Shown here: positions 10,933 through 20,671 of the stretch, one piece after another
Layout: every line of letters begins with the position of its first letter
Numbering within the stretch: position 1 is the stretch's first letter
Source of the DNA: Alphaproteobacteria bacterium
GTDB taxonomy: Bacteria > Pseudomonadota > Alphaproteobacteria > Rs-D84 > CASDRH01
Assembly: GCA_025210155.1 (NCBI GenBank)
Contig: JAOASE010000002.1
Coordinates: forward strand, 2,853-66,852
Length of the DNA: 64,000 bases
Direction: 5' to 3'
Position numbers and translations under genes: made by a program
The notes under the pieces: model-generated
Seen by the model: only the letters and a program-made list of their open reading frames with translations
What the model was told of the DNA's origin: nothing
The model's database searches: none

Positions 10933-11003
10933 CTTTTGTGTTGCGATGATATATTTTATATGTTAGCATTTTTTTTCGATTTAAAATTTTTTTTGGGTAG
11001 TAT

Positions 11004-11942
11004 ATGAAAAATAGAAAAAGTATTAAATTATCTCTTATAGTTCCATTTTATAATGAAGAAAAAATGGTTGATATTTTTTTTGAAACAGTAATTCCTATTG
11101 TTAAAAAAATCTCAAATGATTATGAAATAATTTGTGTTAATGATAGTTTTGCAGATACTACTTTTGAGTTGTTAAAAAAGTGGCACTTTATAAATAATAA
11201 AATAAAGGTTTTAACATTTTCTAGGAATTTTGGAAAAGAAGCCGCTATGACTGCTGGTGTAGATTATTGCACTGGTGATGCGGCGGTTTTTATTGATGCT
11301 GATTTGCAAGACCCCCCTCAAGAATTATCAAAAATGGTTGAAAAATGGAAAGAGGGGTTTGATGTTGTTTTGATGAAAAGATTAAGAAGGAATAAAGATT
11401 CTTTTTTTAAGAGGGTAACAGCCTATTGTTTTTATAGGATAATAAATTTCATGAGTCATAAAATGGTTGAAAAAGATGTTAGTGATTTTAGACTTTTAGA
11501 TAGAAAGGTTTTAGATGTTTTAAAGTGTTTAAAGGAAAAAAATCGTTTTATGAAGGGGTTGATGTCTTGGTCAGGATTTAAGAAATGTGATCTTTATTTT
11601 GAGAGACCCGCTAGAATTAAGGGAAAAACTAAATTTAATTGCTCAAAGATGATTCGACTGGCTTTTGATGGTATTTTTTCGTTTTCTATTATGCCAATAA
11701 GGTTATTTACTTTGTTAGGAATTCTTTTGTCTATTATATCTTTTATCTGGATTTTTTATATTATATATCAAAAACTATATTTAGGAGATGTTGTAAGTGG
11801 TTGGGCTTCAATAATGAGTATAATTTTGTTTTTTAATGGGGTTATAATGATAGGTTTAGGTGTTCTTGGAGAATATGTAGGTCGAGTTTATAATGAGGTT
11901 AAAGATAGACCTATTTATGTAGTGGATCAAGAGTTGTTTTAG
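11004..11942 (+). CDS. GT2 polyprenyl-phosphate glycosyltransferase (ArnC/GtrB/DPM1-like)
   Basis: N-terminal LSLIVPFYNEE, a DAD motif (FIDADLQDPP), and two C-terminal TM helices. Confidence 0.75.
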   Translation: MKNRKSIKLSLIVPFYNEEKMVDIFFETVIPIVKKISNDYEIICVNDSFADTTFELLKKWHFINNKIKVLTFSRNFGKEAAMTAGVDYCTGDAAVFIDADLQDPPQELSKMVEKWKEGFDVVLMKRLRRNKDSFFKRVTAYCFYRIINFMSHKMVEKDVSDFRLLDRKVLDVLKCLKEKNRFMKGLMSWSGFKKCDLYFERPARIKGKTKFNCSKMIRLAFDGIFSFSIMPIRLFTLLGILLSIISFIWIFYIIYQKLYLGDVVSGWASIMSIILFFNGVIMIGLGVLGEYVGRVYNEVKDRPIYVVDQELF

Positions 11943-12356
11943 ATGGTAAATTTATTTTTTAAATTATCAGAAAAGTTAAGATATTTAATGATAGGTGGCT
12001 TAAATACTATTATTGGATATTTAATATTTATTTCATTAACATTAATATTAGAAGGTAAAATTAATTATATTTTTATTGTTCTTTTAAATTATGTTTTTGG
12101 ATTTAATGTTAGTTTTTTTAATTTTAAATATTTTGTTTTTAAATCTAAAAAGAGAATAAGGGATGAATATTTTAAAACTATAAATAGTTATATTTTATTA
12201 TTTTTTATTAATTCATTTTTAATGATAATTTTTCAAGAAATTTTGAAAGTAGGTTTGATTTTGTCTCAAGGTATTATAATTATATTTATGACAATAATAA
12301 CTTATTTAATACATAAAAATTATTCTTTTAAAAAGGAGAGCACTGTTGAAAAATAA
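11943..12356 (+). CDS. GtrA-like small membrane flippase-family protein
   Basis: 137 aa with four TM helices. The start codon abuts the GT2 stop, the classic GtrB-GtrA order. Confidence 0.5.
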   Translation: MVNLFFKLSEKLRYLMIGGLNTIIGYLIFISLTLILEGKINYIFIVLLNYVFGFNVSFFNFKYFVFKSKKRIRDEYFKTINSYILLFFINSFLMIIFQEILKVGLILSQGIIIIFMTIITYLIHKNYSFKKESTVEK

Positions 12357-13892
12357 CATGAAAATATTAATAATTTTATTAGGTGTTTCTTTAAGAATTT
12401 TTGCAGGATATAATAAACAATATTATCACACGGATGATATATTTTCTTTTGAAATAATTAATGATAATAGTTGGGCTGAAGAAAGAATTAATGAAGATAA
12501 TTGGAATAAAATTATAGATGGTAATATTTTAAAATCGGATGTTGAAATTTCAAAAGAAGAGATGTTTAATTTTAATTTTTTAGAAGTTGTAGGAAATAAG
12601 GAGCCTCATCCACCATTTTATTATATAGTTTTGCATATTGTTCAATCTTTATTTGTAGATGGAAAATTTTCTAAATGGCCAGGAATTATTTTGAATATAT
12701 TTATTTATATTCTATCATCTGTTTTTTTATATAAACTTTCTAAATTTTTTATTAAGAAAGAATTATTATCATTATTCACTGTATTTTTATTTGCGATAAA
12801 TACATAGGCTATTTCAAGTACAGTTTTTATAAGAATGTATGAGATGTTTATTCTGTTTACTATTTTAATATTTTATCTATTTATTAAATTTATAGAGCAG
12901 AACCATGTTGATAAAAAATTGTTGGTAAAAATTGGTATAACTTCTATTCTGGGAGTTATGACGCATTATCATTTTGTTTTTTTTATATTACCTTTATTTT
13001 TAGTTTCTATTATATATCTATATAAAAAGGGAGATTTGTTGAAGATAAAATCTTTGTTTGTTTCTATGGTTTTATCTGCTTCTTTATTTTTTATTTTATG
13101 GCCTTATGCTTGTCATCAAATATTTGGAAGTTATCATGGTATGGTTTTGCTTGGAGGGGTTTAATGTTAAATTTTATTCAATTTAATTTGAGTTATTTTC
13201 TTTTAATTGTTGTTTTGATTGTTTTTTATGGGAGAGTAAATACCAAAAGTAATAAGGGGTTTAATATATATTTTTTATTTTATTCTGTAGTTTTTTCTTT
13301 TCTTTTGGTTGAATTCTGCAGAACTTGGAATTCTCCTAGATATTTATATTTTATAATACCTTTGATATTTTTATTTTTAATATCTTTTGTTGATAGGTTT
13401 GTTAAAAAGAAAGTTTTTATTTATTTATCTACTCTGTTATTGTTAATAGTTAATTTTATTGTTTTTGGGGTGTTTAAAGTGAACTATTTGAATTATGATC
13501 AACCGAGTTCTCCTACCTTTACTGAAGATAGGAGTGTTGTTTTTGAATTTGTGAAAGATTTTGATCAAAATAAAAGAGATATTTCTACTGTCGTAGTTTT
13601 AGAAGAAAATTGGAAGAAGTATAAATTTGATGATAAAAAAGTATTTGATAGATCTTATAAAGACATAACAGTTTCTAAATTAATGCCTTTGTTAGTGAAT
13701 AGAGAAAAATTATATATGGTTGAAAAAGGTGATTTGTCTGATATTAAATGGGATGGCATTTTAAAAGATTTCGGAAATCCTAATGAGATTTATATTTTAT
13801 CTAAGAATAAAATTCTTTATTTAGACTCTTTATATAAAGAGAGAAAATGTTATTTTCTATTTCATAGAAATATATGCTTTTATAAAAAATAA
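12346..13892 (+). pseudogene. GT-C membrane glycosyltransferase (ArnT/GtrC/PMT-like), disrupted by one in-frame TAG and one frameshift
   Basis: Three consecutive ORFs (12346-12807, 12835-13164, 13098-13892) add up to a protein of about 526 aa with roughly 10 TM helices and a soluble C-terminal domain. The first two are in the same frame, separated only by the TAG at 12805-12807. The third overlaps in another frame across the T-run at 13086-13097. Confidence 0.45.
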
Positions 13893-13954
13893 TTTGTTGC
13901 GTTTTTGTTCTATATGTGCTATTTTGTTTTTGTTATATATTTAAGGAGAAATTT

Positions 13955-14839
13955 ATGTTGCAAAAAAAGGATTTTAAAAATATTCGCGGTACTATTAAGA
14001 TGGGTAAATCTTTAGCTGGTTACACTTGGGTTAAAACAGGTGGTGAAGCGGAGATGTTTTTTGAGCCAAAAGATATAGATGATTTGGTTTGCTTTTTGCA
14101 GCAGGTGAGACCTGGAACGTCTGTTCAATATATTGGAGGGGGTTCTAATTTGTTGGTTGTTGATGAAGGTGTTAAGGGAGTTGTAATTAAATTGGGCATG
14201 GCTTTTTCTTCTATTGAGTTGAATGATAAAGGGCAGGTTGTTTGTGGTGCTGCGGCTATGCCTGTTTCTATATCGCACTTTGCATGTAAGAATTCTTTAA
14301 AAGGTTTGGAATTTATGTCGACTATTCCTGGGACAATTGGAGGTGCTATATTTGGTAATGCTGGTTGTTTTGGTGGAGAGATAAAAGATGTATTAGCTTC
14401 TTGTAAGGTTGTTTCTGAAGATGGTGATATTGGTGAGTTATCTAATAAGGATTGTGGTTTTGTTTATAGAAAATCTGATATAACTGATTTTATTGTTGAG
14501 GCTACTTTTAATGTTGAAGAGGGTGTGCAAGAAGAGATAGCTGAGAAGATTTCTGAGCAAAAGAAAAAGAGAAGTGCAGGGCAGCCTATGGGTGAGAAGA
14601 CTTTTGGATCTTGTTTTAAAAATCCAGAAGGGACTTCGGCTGGTGCTTTAATAGATCAAGCTGGTTTAAAAGGTTTTTCTATTGGTGGAGCTGCTGTGTC
14701 AGAGAAGCATGCTAATTTCTTAATTAATAAAGGTGGAGCGACTACTCAAGATTTCTTAGATTTGATTGCGCATATACAGAAAGTAGTTTTGGAAAGAGAT
14801 AATATAAAATTAGAAACTGAAGTTCGAATTTTATCATAG
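13955..14839 (+). CDS. murB: UDP-N-acetylenolpyruvoylglucosamine reductase
   Basis: FAD-binding N-terminus and a C-terminal SxxxGxxK-type region with GSCFKNP. An AAGGAG SD lies 8 nt upstream of the ATG at 13955. The ORF-track start at 13916 is an extension. Confidence 0.85.
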   Translation: MLQKKDFKNIRGTIKMGKSLAGYTWVKTGGEAEMFFEPKDIDDLVCFLQQVRPGTSVQYIGGGSNLLVVDEGVKGVVIKLGMAFSSIELNDKGQVVCGAAAMPVSISHFACKNSLKGLEFMSTIPGTIGGAIFGNAGCFGGEIKDVLASCKVVSEDGDIGELSNKDCGFVYRKSDITDFIVEATFNVEEGVQEEIAEKISEQKKKRSAGQPMGEKTFGSCFKNPEGTSAGALIDQAGLKGFSIGGAAVSEKHANFLINKGGATTQDFLDLIAHIQKVVLERDNIKLETEVRILS

Positions 14840-14862
14840 TTTAATGAGAGATTTTGGGGATT

Positions 14863-14995
14863 TTACTTTATCTGATTGTGAGAAATAATTTTCTCATTTA
14901 CTGCATGTAAACTTCGAAATCATTTTCACTTCCATCTAAATCAAAATTACCAAAACGTTGTGTTGAGATATTTTTATAAGGGGATAATCATGGAT
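14863..14995 (+). repeat. dispersed palindromic intergenic repeat of the GGGGATTTTACTT family
   Basis: Shares modules with copies at about 26650, 30040, 37312, 56200 and 60125. Confidence 0.6.
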
Positions 14996-15664
14996 GGAGA
15001 AAAACTATGTATTCTTTGCAATAAGAATTTAGCGGAGACTAGAGAGCACAAAATATTAGCTGCTTTTATTAGGGATTTAACAAAAGAAGAAGATACTAAA
15101 GAAGTTTTTGTTCATAAAACAAAAAATGTATTTGACGGTGTTTATGAAGATTTTAAGTTTTCTAAAAATGATAAAGGTGGTGCTTTAAAGTTCAAAGACA
15201 AGCAATTATGTTTTAAGTGTAATAATGAACGCAGTCAAAGTATAGATAAGGCATTTATAAAATTTATTAATAATGCAGAAAAGATATCAAAAAGTTTTGA
15301 TGAAAGACAAATAACTTTAGTTAAAAATAACTTTATTCCAATAAAAAATTTAGAATCTTTAAATCAAGTTATTAAATATTTAATTAAAATTATAATTTGT
15401 ATGATTGATGAAGCAAAACTTGATATTCCAAAAGAATTAATAGGTGATGATTTTTTTTTACAAGATATAAATTTAAATAAGGTAAAATTTAAAATTAAAT
15501 TGTTAGATTTTATAACAGTTAATGAAAAAAATACATTGATACCAACCAATGGTGACTTATTGATAGAAAGTGGAAAGAATATTTTTCTGAAAAATTATAG
15601 AATAAATGGTGTTAATATCTATTTTAAATATTGCTTAGATGAAAAAATTGATATTAAAATATAA
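14960..15664 (+). CDS. hypothetical protein with two CxxC pairs (CILCN...EH...CFKCNN); possibly a diverged HNH-like zinc-finger nuclease
   Basis: Motifs seen directly; the spacing is longer than a canonical HNH. A bidirectional terminator lies at 15669-15695. Confidence 0.35.
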   Translation: MLRYFYKGIIMDGEKLCILCNKNLAETREHKILAAFIRDLTKEEDTKEVFVHKTKNVFDGVYEDFKFSKNDKGGALKFKDKQLCFKCNNERSQSIDKAFIKFINNAEKISKSFDERQITLVKNNFIPIKNLESLNQVIKYLIKIIICMIDEAKLDIPKELIGDDFFLQDINLNKVKFKIKLLDFITVNEKNTLIPTNGDLLIESGKNIFLKNYRINGVNIYFKYCLDEKIDIKI

Positions 15665-15668
15665 AAAA

Positions 15669-15695
15669 GGTCTCGATTGAGACCTTTTCTTTTTA
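15669..15695. terminator. bidirectional intrinsic terminator
   Basis: GGTCTC gatt GAGACC flanked by A- and T-runs. Confidence 0.55.
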
Positions 15696-15712
15696 AACTT
15701 ATATTCGGTAAA

Positions 15713-17032
15713 TTATTTTTGACCAGTTAGTTCTTCAGGTTTAACTTCTTTTTCTTTAGTTTTAACTTGAGAAACGATGTGATCTAATATTTTAGCTTCA
15801 AATAGTTGAGCTCTAAGCATTTGCATAGCTTGAGGATTCTCATTGTAGTATTTAAACACTTGTTCGTGTTGTCCTGGGAATCTCATAGCTTCTTGCATGA
15901 TAGCTTGTTGAGCATCATTTTCGTCTACTTTAATTTCAGCTTTTTTACCAATTTCAGCAACTAGAAGACCAAGTTTAACTCTTTTTTCAGCTAATTCTTT
16001 TTGTTCAGCTTTAAGTTTCTTTTCACCTTTCTTTTTATTTTCTTCAGAAAGTTTATCTTCTTTAATTTGTTGTTCGAATGGTTTCCACATAGCGTTGAAT
16101 TCTTGTTCAATTAAGCTTTCTGGAAGAGTGATTTTAACTTTAGCTAATTCGTCTAAAACTAAATCTTTCATTCCGTTTTTAGAAAGGCTTTCATAGTGAT
16201 CTTGAGTCATTTCTTTGATTGAATTTTTAAGATCTTCTAAGTCTTTTCTACCAACTTGTTTAGCTAATTCGTCATCAATCTTAACAGGAACTTTTGCTCT
16301 GATGTCATGGATTTTAACTTTGAACATAGCAGGTTTACCAGCAAATTCTTTAGCATGGTATTCTTTAGGGAAAGTTACGTTTACTTCTAATTCGTCGCCT
16401 TTGTTTTTACCAATTAGTTGATCTTCGAAACCTTCGATGAAAGAGTTTGAACCTAATTCTAGGTTATGTTTTTCACCTTTTCCGCCAGGGAATGCTTCGC
16501 CGTCAATGAAACCTTCGAAATCGATAATAGCTACGTCACCTTTTTTAGTGGCTCTATCTTTTTCTAATTTAGCTGTGCTAGTTCTGCTTTCAGCTAATTG
16601 TTTTAATGAAGTTTCGATTACTTGGTCAGTAACTTTTGCAACTTTCTTTTCAACAGTGATTTTTGAAAGTTCGATATCTTTATCTTTGATTTCAGGTAGA
16701 ACTTCTAATTCCGCTGTGAATTTTAACTCTTTATCCTTAACAAATGAAGTGATTTCGATTTGTGGTTGAGTTGCAGGTGAAAGATTTTTTTCTTTTAAGT
16801 AACTGCTTAATTCTGTGTTGATAGCTTCGTTCATTGTTTCGCTAATGAAAGAATCTTCATATTTTTGTCTGATAACGTCTAGAGGTACGTGTCCTTTTCT
16901 GAAGCCTTTGATGTCAGCATGTTTTTGGTATGCTGTTAATTTTTTCATCAATTCTTCTTCGAAAAGCTCTTTACTAACTTCAAATGATAAGTTGTATTTT
17001 AGACCTTTGATTTTTTCTTTGCTTAAACTCAT
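15713..17032 (-). CDS. tig: trigger factor
   Basis: 439 aa with a ribosome-binding N-terminal domain and the FKBP-type PPIase region GKPAMFKVKIHDI. Confidence 0.85.
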   Translation of the reverse strand: MSLSKEKIKGLKYNLSFEVSKELFEEELMKKLTAYQKHADIKGFRKGHVPLDVIRQKYEDSFISETMNEAINTELSSYLKEKNLSPATQPQIEITSFVKDKELKFTAELEVLPEIKDKDIELSKITVEKKVAKVTDQVIETSLKQLAESRTSTAKLEKDRATKKGDVAIIDFEGFIDGEAFPGGKGEKHNLELGSNSFIEGFEDQLIGKNKGDELEVNVTFPKEYHAKEFAGKPAMFKVKIHDIRAKVPVKIDDELAKQVGRKDLEDLKNSIKEMTQDHYESLSKNGMKDLVLDELAKVKITLPESLIEQEFNAMWKPFEQQIKEDKLSEENKKKGEKKLKAEQKELAEKRVKLGLLVAEIGKKAEIKVDENDAQQAIMQEAMRFPGQHEQVFKYYNENPQAMQMLRAQLFEAKILDHIVSQVKTKEKEVKPEELTGQK

Positions 17033-17163
17033 AAGTTTATTCTCCGTAATAATTAATTAATTTACTTCTCAGAGTTTAGTCTTTTAAAATCAAAAATCAA
17101 GGTAATTGTGTTTTGTTTTATATAAATGAAAAAGGTTCGTAATTAAACGAACCTTATCTATAA

Positions 17164-17249
17164 TGGTGCGGGTGAGAGGACTTGAACCTCCACGCCGTAA
17201 AGCACAGGTACCTAAAACCTGCGTGTCTACCAATTTCACCACACCCGCA
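17164..17249 (-). tRNA. tRNA-Leu (anticodon TAG)
   Basis: The reverse complement folds as a class II tRNA with acceptor GCGGGTG, a long variable arm, T-loop TTCAAGTC and anticodon loop TTTAGGT. CCA is encoded. Confidence 0.8.
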
Positions 17250-17342
17250 TTGTTTGGACTTGGGCAATTTATAACAAATAGTTTTTTAAAAATCAAATAA
17301 AAAATTTTAAAAATTATATTTTTTTGCTTTTTGATTAAAAAA

Positions 17343-17370
17343 AAGCAGCCCTTTGCAGGCTGCTTTTCTT
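17343..17370 (-). terminator. intrinsic terminator downstream of the adk-like gene
   Basis: GCAGCC ctttgca GGCTGC flanked by A- and T-runs. Confidence 0.55.
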
Positions 17371-17371
17371 A

Positions 17372-17935
17372 TTAAACGGTAGTAAAGATTGCTTTTCTTT
17401 GAGAAGAAAGAAATCTTTCTAATTCATTTAATTTGATTTCGTCTTTGATTTCGCTGTCTGGTAATTTTAAAATAAATTTGCCTTCTAGCATTTCATCAAT
17501 AGATGGTTGTCTTATATGATATAATTCTAACCTTTTTTTGAAGGTTTCAATATCATTATCAATTCTATCTTCTTGCTTTTGTCTTAGATAGAATCTTTCG
17601 ATCAGAGTTTTATTTTTAGGTTTGATTTCAATAAATTTGATATTATCGAAATTCCTTATAAAGATCGACTGATCTTTGTTTCTTGGGAAACCATCGAGAA
17701 CGGTTTTTTTAATTCCTGATCTTTCTAGCCTTTCTAACTCTTCTGATAATATTGGAAGAGTGATCTGATCAGGTACTAATTCACCTTTCTTTTGGAAGGT
17801 TTCTATTTCAGGAAATTTTTTGATGCTATCACTAAGTAGTGACGACATACTAATTATATGATAATTACTAAGGTATTTCTTTTTGAAAAAACCTTTGCCA
17901 CCGCAGGGTGGTCCCATTAGACATAATATTTCCAT
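17372..17935 (-). CDS. adk: adenylate kinase family protein (Adk / UMP-CMP kinase-like)
   Basis: P-loop MGPPCGGKG and the NMP-binding motif VLDGFPRN. The start is taken at MEILCL; the longer ORF-track start is an extension. Confidence 0.55.
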   Translation of the reverse strand: MEILCLMGPPCGGKGFFKKKYLSNYHIISMSSLLSDSIKKFPEIETFQKKGELVPDQITLPILSEELERLERSGIKKTVLDGFPRNKDQSIFIRNFDNIKFIEIKPKNKTLIERFYLRQKQEDRIDNDIETFKKRLELYHIRQPSIDEMLEGKFILKLPDSEIKDEIKLNELERFLSSQRKAIFTTV

Positions 17936-18077
17936 TACTTTACAAATTAGGTTTATAAATCGTGTTAACAATGGGATTTTATTCAGCTTTTATAATTTTG
18001 CAAGTAATTTTATTATTTTCTTGTTTTATCTCTTAAATTTTATTAAAATATCATCATATAAGGATGAAAGGGAAGTT

Positions 18078-18536
18078 ATGTTCTTAGAAAAAAATCAAAA
18101 AGGTAGATCTGCTATAGAAATGCTTGGTGTTTTAGGTATTATGGGTATTATTACTATGTTGGGTATTGGAGCTTATAATATTGCTACTAGAAACGTTAAG
18201 GGTAATAATATTAAAGCAGAAGTTTCAGCTATTGCTCAAAAAGTAAAAACTATTACTCAGCCAGCAGCTTATGGGGACTGGGGATCATCTAAAACTTATA
18301 AGTCAGCTTTTGTTGATACAGGACTTATGCCAGCTCATAATGGTATGGGTGTTGGTTTGGATACGAATGCGACTACGACTGGATATACTATTACGGGTAT
18401 TGAAAATACCAGTTTTACGATTCATATCGGATTGAGGGATGATAAGGATTGTGCTATTGTTAAAGAACAAAATTGGAGTGAGGCTATAGACGTAAGTGAT
18501 TGCGATTCTGAAGGCTTATCTATAACGTTTGAATAA
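18078..18536 (+). CDS. type IV pilin-like protein, paralog 1
   Basis: Prepilin-like N-terminus: short basic leader, KG, then RSAIEMLGVLGIMGIITMLGIGAY (Glu at +5 and a 20-aa hydrophobic helix). C-terminal Cys pair DKDC...SDCD. Confidence 0.6.
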   Translation: MFLEKNQKGRSAIEMLGVLGIMGIITMLGIGAYNIATRNVKGNNIKAEVSAIAQKVKTITQPAAYGDWGSSKTYKSAFVDTGLMPAHNGMGVGLDTNATTTGYTITGIENTSFTIHIGLRDDKDCAIVKEQNWSEAIDVSDCDSEGLSITFE

Positions 18537-18652
18537 AAGAATTTTATTAGGATTGAATTGTGTTTTTTTTTAAAAAACGCTTTTCTTTTCTTTGAACCTG
18601 TGTTATATTATACACAATATTGATATGTAATATGAAAAAAGGAGATTTTAAT

Positions 18653-19153
18653 ATGTTATCAAGACAAAATCAAAAAGGTAGATCTATGATCGAAATGCTT
18701 GGTGTGCTAGGTATTATGGCTGTTATCACAGTTCTAGGTATTACGGCATATACTATGGCTACAAGAAACGTTAAATCAAACAACATTAAAGCTGAAGTTG
18801 CTACTATTGCTCAACAAGTTAGAACAATGACTCAACCTTCAGAATTTAGTGAATGGGATGGTTCTACAAGAGATTATGAATCAGCATTCGTTGATACTGG
18901 CCTTATGAAAGAGTACAACGGTATGGGTGTTTCTGATGGTTATGAAATTATTGGTGAAGACAATGTTGGTTTCGCTATTGTTATTAATTTAGATGACGAT
19001 GAAGATGCAGCTTTAGTTTACTCTATGGATTGGTCAAATGCTTCTGCAGTTCAATGTGTAGGTACAGCTCCAACATCTATAACAACAATACCAACAAGTG
19101 ATGACTCTTGTGCTTCTAACGAACAAGAAATCGTTATTTATTATAATAACTAG
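18653..19153 (+). CDS. type IV pilin-like protein, paralog 2
   Basis: AAGGAG SD; KGRSMIEMLGVLGIMAVITVLGITAY; C-terminal Cys pair QCVG...SCAS. The 5' ~190 nt is about 90% identical to paralog 3. Confidence 0.6.
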   Translation: MLSRQNQKGRSMIEMLGVLGIMAVITVLGITAYTMATRNVKSNNIKAEVATIAQQVRTMTQPSEFSEWDGSTRDYESAFVDTGLMKEYNGMGVSDGYEIIGEDNVGFAIVINLDDDEDAALVYSMDWSNASAVQCVGTAPTSITTIPTSDDSCASNEQEIVIYYNN

Positions 19154-19280
19154 TTTGTAATATATGGTTGTTAAAAGTCTCAACTTTGGTTGGGGCTTTT
19201 TTTTATTTTTGATGTTGAATAAAATCTTGTTTTATGTTATTTTTCCCCAGATTTTTTTAGAAATGAAAGGATATAAAATA

Positions 19281-19754
19281 ATGTTATTAAAACAAAACGA
19301 AAAAGGTAGATCTATGATCGAAATGCTTGGTGTGCTAGGTATTATGGCTGTTATTACAGTTTTAGGTATCACTGCTTACACTATGGCTACAAGAAATGTT
19401 AAATCAAATAATGTTAAAGCTGAAGTTGCTACTATTGCTCAACAAGTTAGAACAATGACACAACCATCTGAATTTGGTGAGTGGGCTGGTGGAGGCTCAA
19501 GAACTTTTAAAAGTGCATTTGTTGATACAGGTTTAATGAAAGCTTATAATGGTATGGGTGTTGGTACAGATTCTCGTCCAGGATATTCTCTTTTTGGAAA
19601 AAACAATGATGGTTTTGCAATTACTATTGCTGTTCCGGATGAAGAGGATTGTGCTTTGATAGCTTCTATGGACTGGTCTAATGCATTTAGTACAGAAGTT
19701 GATTGTGATAATGGGTTTGTTACAGTTAATTATGAGGGAAATCCAAGAGATTAG
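19281..19754 (+). CDS. type IV pilin-like protein, paralog 3
   Basis: Same N-terminus as paralog 2; C-terminal Cys pair EEDC...VDCD. A terminator-like CCCCTTTaaaaGGGG hairpin plus T5 follows. Confidence 0.6.
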   Translation: MLLKQNEKGRSMIEMLGVLGIMAVITVLGITAYTMATRNVKSNNVKAEVATIAQQVRTMTQPSEFGEWAGGGSRTFKSAFVDTGLMKAYNGMGVGTDSRPGYSLFGKNNDGFAITIAVPDEEDCALIASMDWSNAFSTEVDCDNGFVTVNYEGNPRD

Positions 19755-19860
19755 GTGAAATTAAAATCCCCTTTAAAAGGGGGTTTTTCATGTTTAAAAA
19801 AAATCTTTTCTATGTTATAATGTTTGAAAGTTGTAAAAATTAATATTTAAGGAGAAAAAA

Positions 19861-20298
19861 ATGTTTTTTAGAAAAAATGAAAAAGGTAGATCTATGATTG
19901 AGATGCTTGGTGTGTTAGCTATAATGGGTATCATTACAGCTCTAGCAGTTAGTTCTATTTCTGGCGGTACTAAATCTGTTAAGATGAACTCTTATAAGTC
20001 AGAAATTTTGAGTATAGTATCTGAAGTTAAGGAATTGTATGGTGATGATGCTGATTATACAGATGTAGCTTCGAATACTACAGCTTTAAGAAATATGGGG
20101 CTTACAGGAGAAGGTATATTGGATACATTTCCTAATGCTGTAGTTGCTATTAATAATAATGATGGTGCTACATTCCTTATGAGAGTTACTTTTGAAGATC
20201 AAGAAAACTGTAGTTTAATTGCTACTATGCAAGATGTTAGTGATGATTTAACTAATAACTGTTCATCTAATAAAAGTATTGATTACTTGTTTAATTAA
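19861..20298 (+). CDS. type IV pilin-like protein, paralog 4 (divergent)
   Basis: AAGGAG SD; KGRSMIEMLGVLAIMGIITALAV; C-terminal Cys pair ENCS...NNCSS. Confidence 0.55.
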   Translation: MFFRKNEKGRSMIEMLGVLAIMGIITALAVSSISGGTKSVKMNSYKSEILSIVSEVKELYGDDADYTDVASNTTALRNMGLTGEGILDTFPNAVVAINNNDGATFLMRVTFEDQENCSLIATMQDVSDDLTNNCSSNKSIDYLFN

Positions 20299-20671
20299 TT
20301 TTTAACCAAGCGTTTTGTAAATGTTTGATTTTGCCGATTCCTTTGCCGTAGATTGCTATGGCATCGAATTGGCAATTTTTATTTTGTGTTTCTTTTGGGT
20401 GTTTTCTTAGAAATAGTTCAGCTGTGTTTGCTATTCTTTGCTGTTGTCTCGGAGTTATAGATTCAAGTGCTTCGATTTCAGTTTTTCTTCGTTTAACTTC
20501 TATGAAATGTATGGTATTTTTCTTTTCAGCGATTATATCTATTTCACCAAAAGAAGACCCTTTTACACCTTTAAATCGATTCGATATAATTTTATATCCT
20601 TTTAATTTTAGGAATATTTTAGCATAATTCTCGGAAGCGATTCCAGTAAGGTAGTTTGATTTTATTCTCAT
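20291..20671 (-). CDS. yraN: YraN/UPF0102 family endonuclease-like protein
   Basis: 126 aa, with the GEIDIIA...IHFIEVKRR core typical of UPF0102. Confidence 0.55.
   Translation of the reverse strand: MRIKSNYLTGIASENYAKIFLKLKGYKIISNRFKGVKGSSFGEIDIIAEKKNTIHFIEVKRRKTEIEALESITPRQQQRIANTAELFLRKHPKETQNKNCQFDAIAIYGKGIGKIKHLQNAWLKIN

Noticed and set aside
13916-13954. Upstream extension of murB (MLFCFCYIFKEKF)
   Set aside because: AAGGAG lies 8 nt before the ATG at 13955. The extension has no homology to the MurB N-terminus.
17883-18077. N-terminal 65 codons of the ORF-track call for the first pilin
   Set aside because: The extension runs antisense through the adk-like gene and lacks an SD. The conserved pilin leader and an upstream A-rich SD region support the start at 18078.
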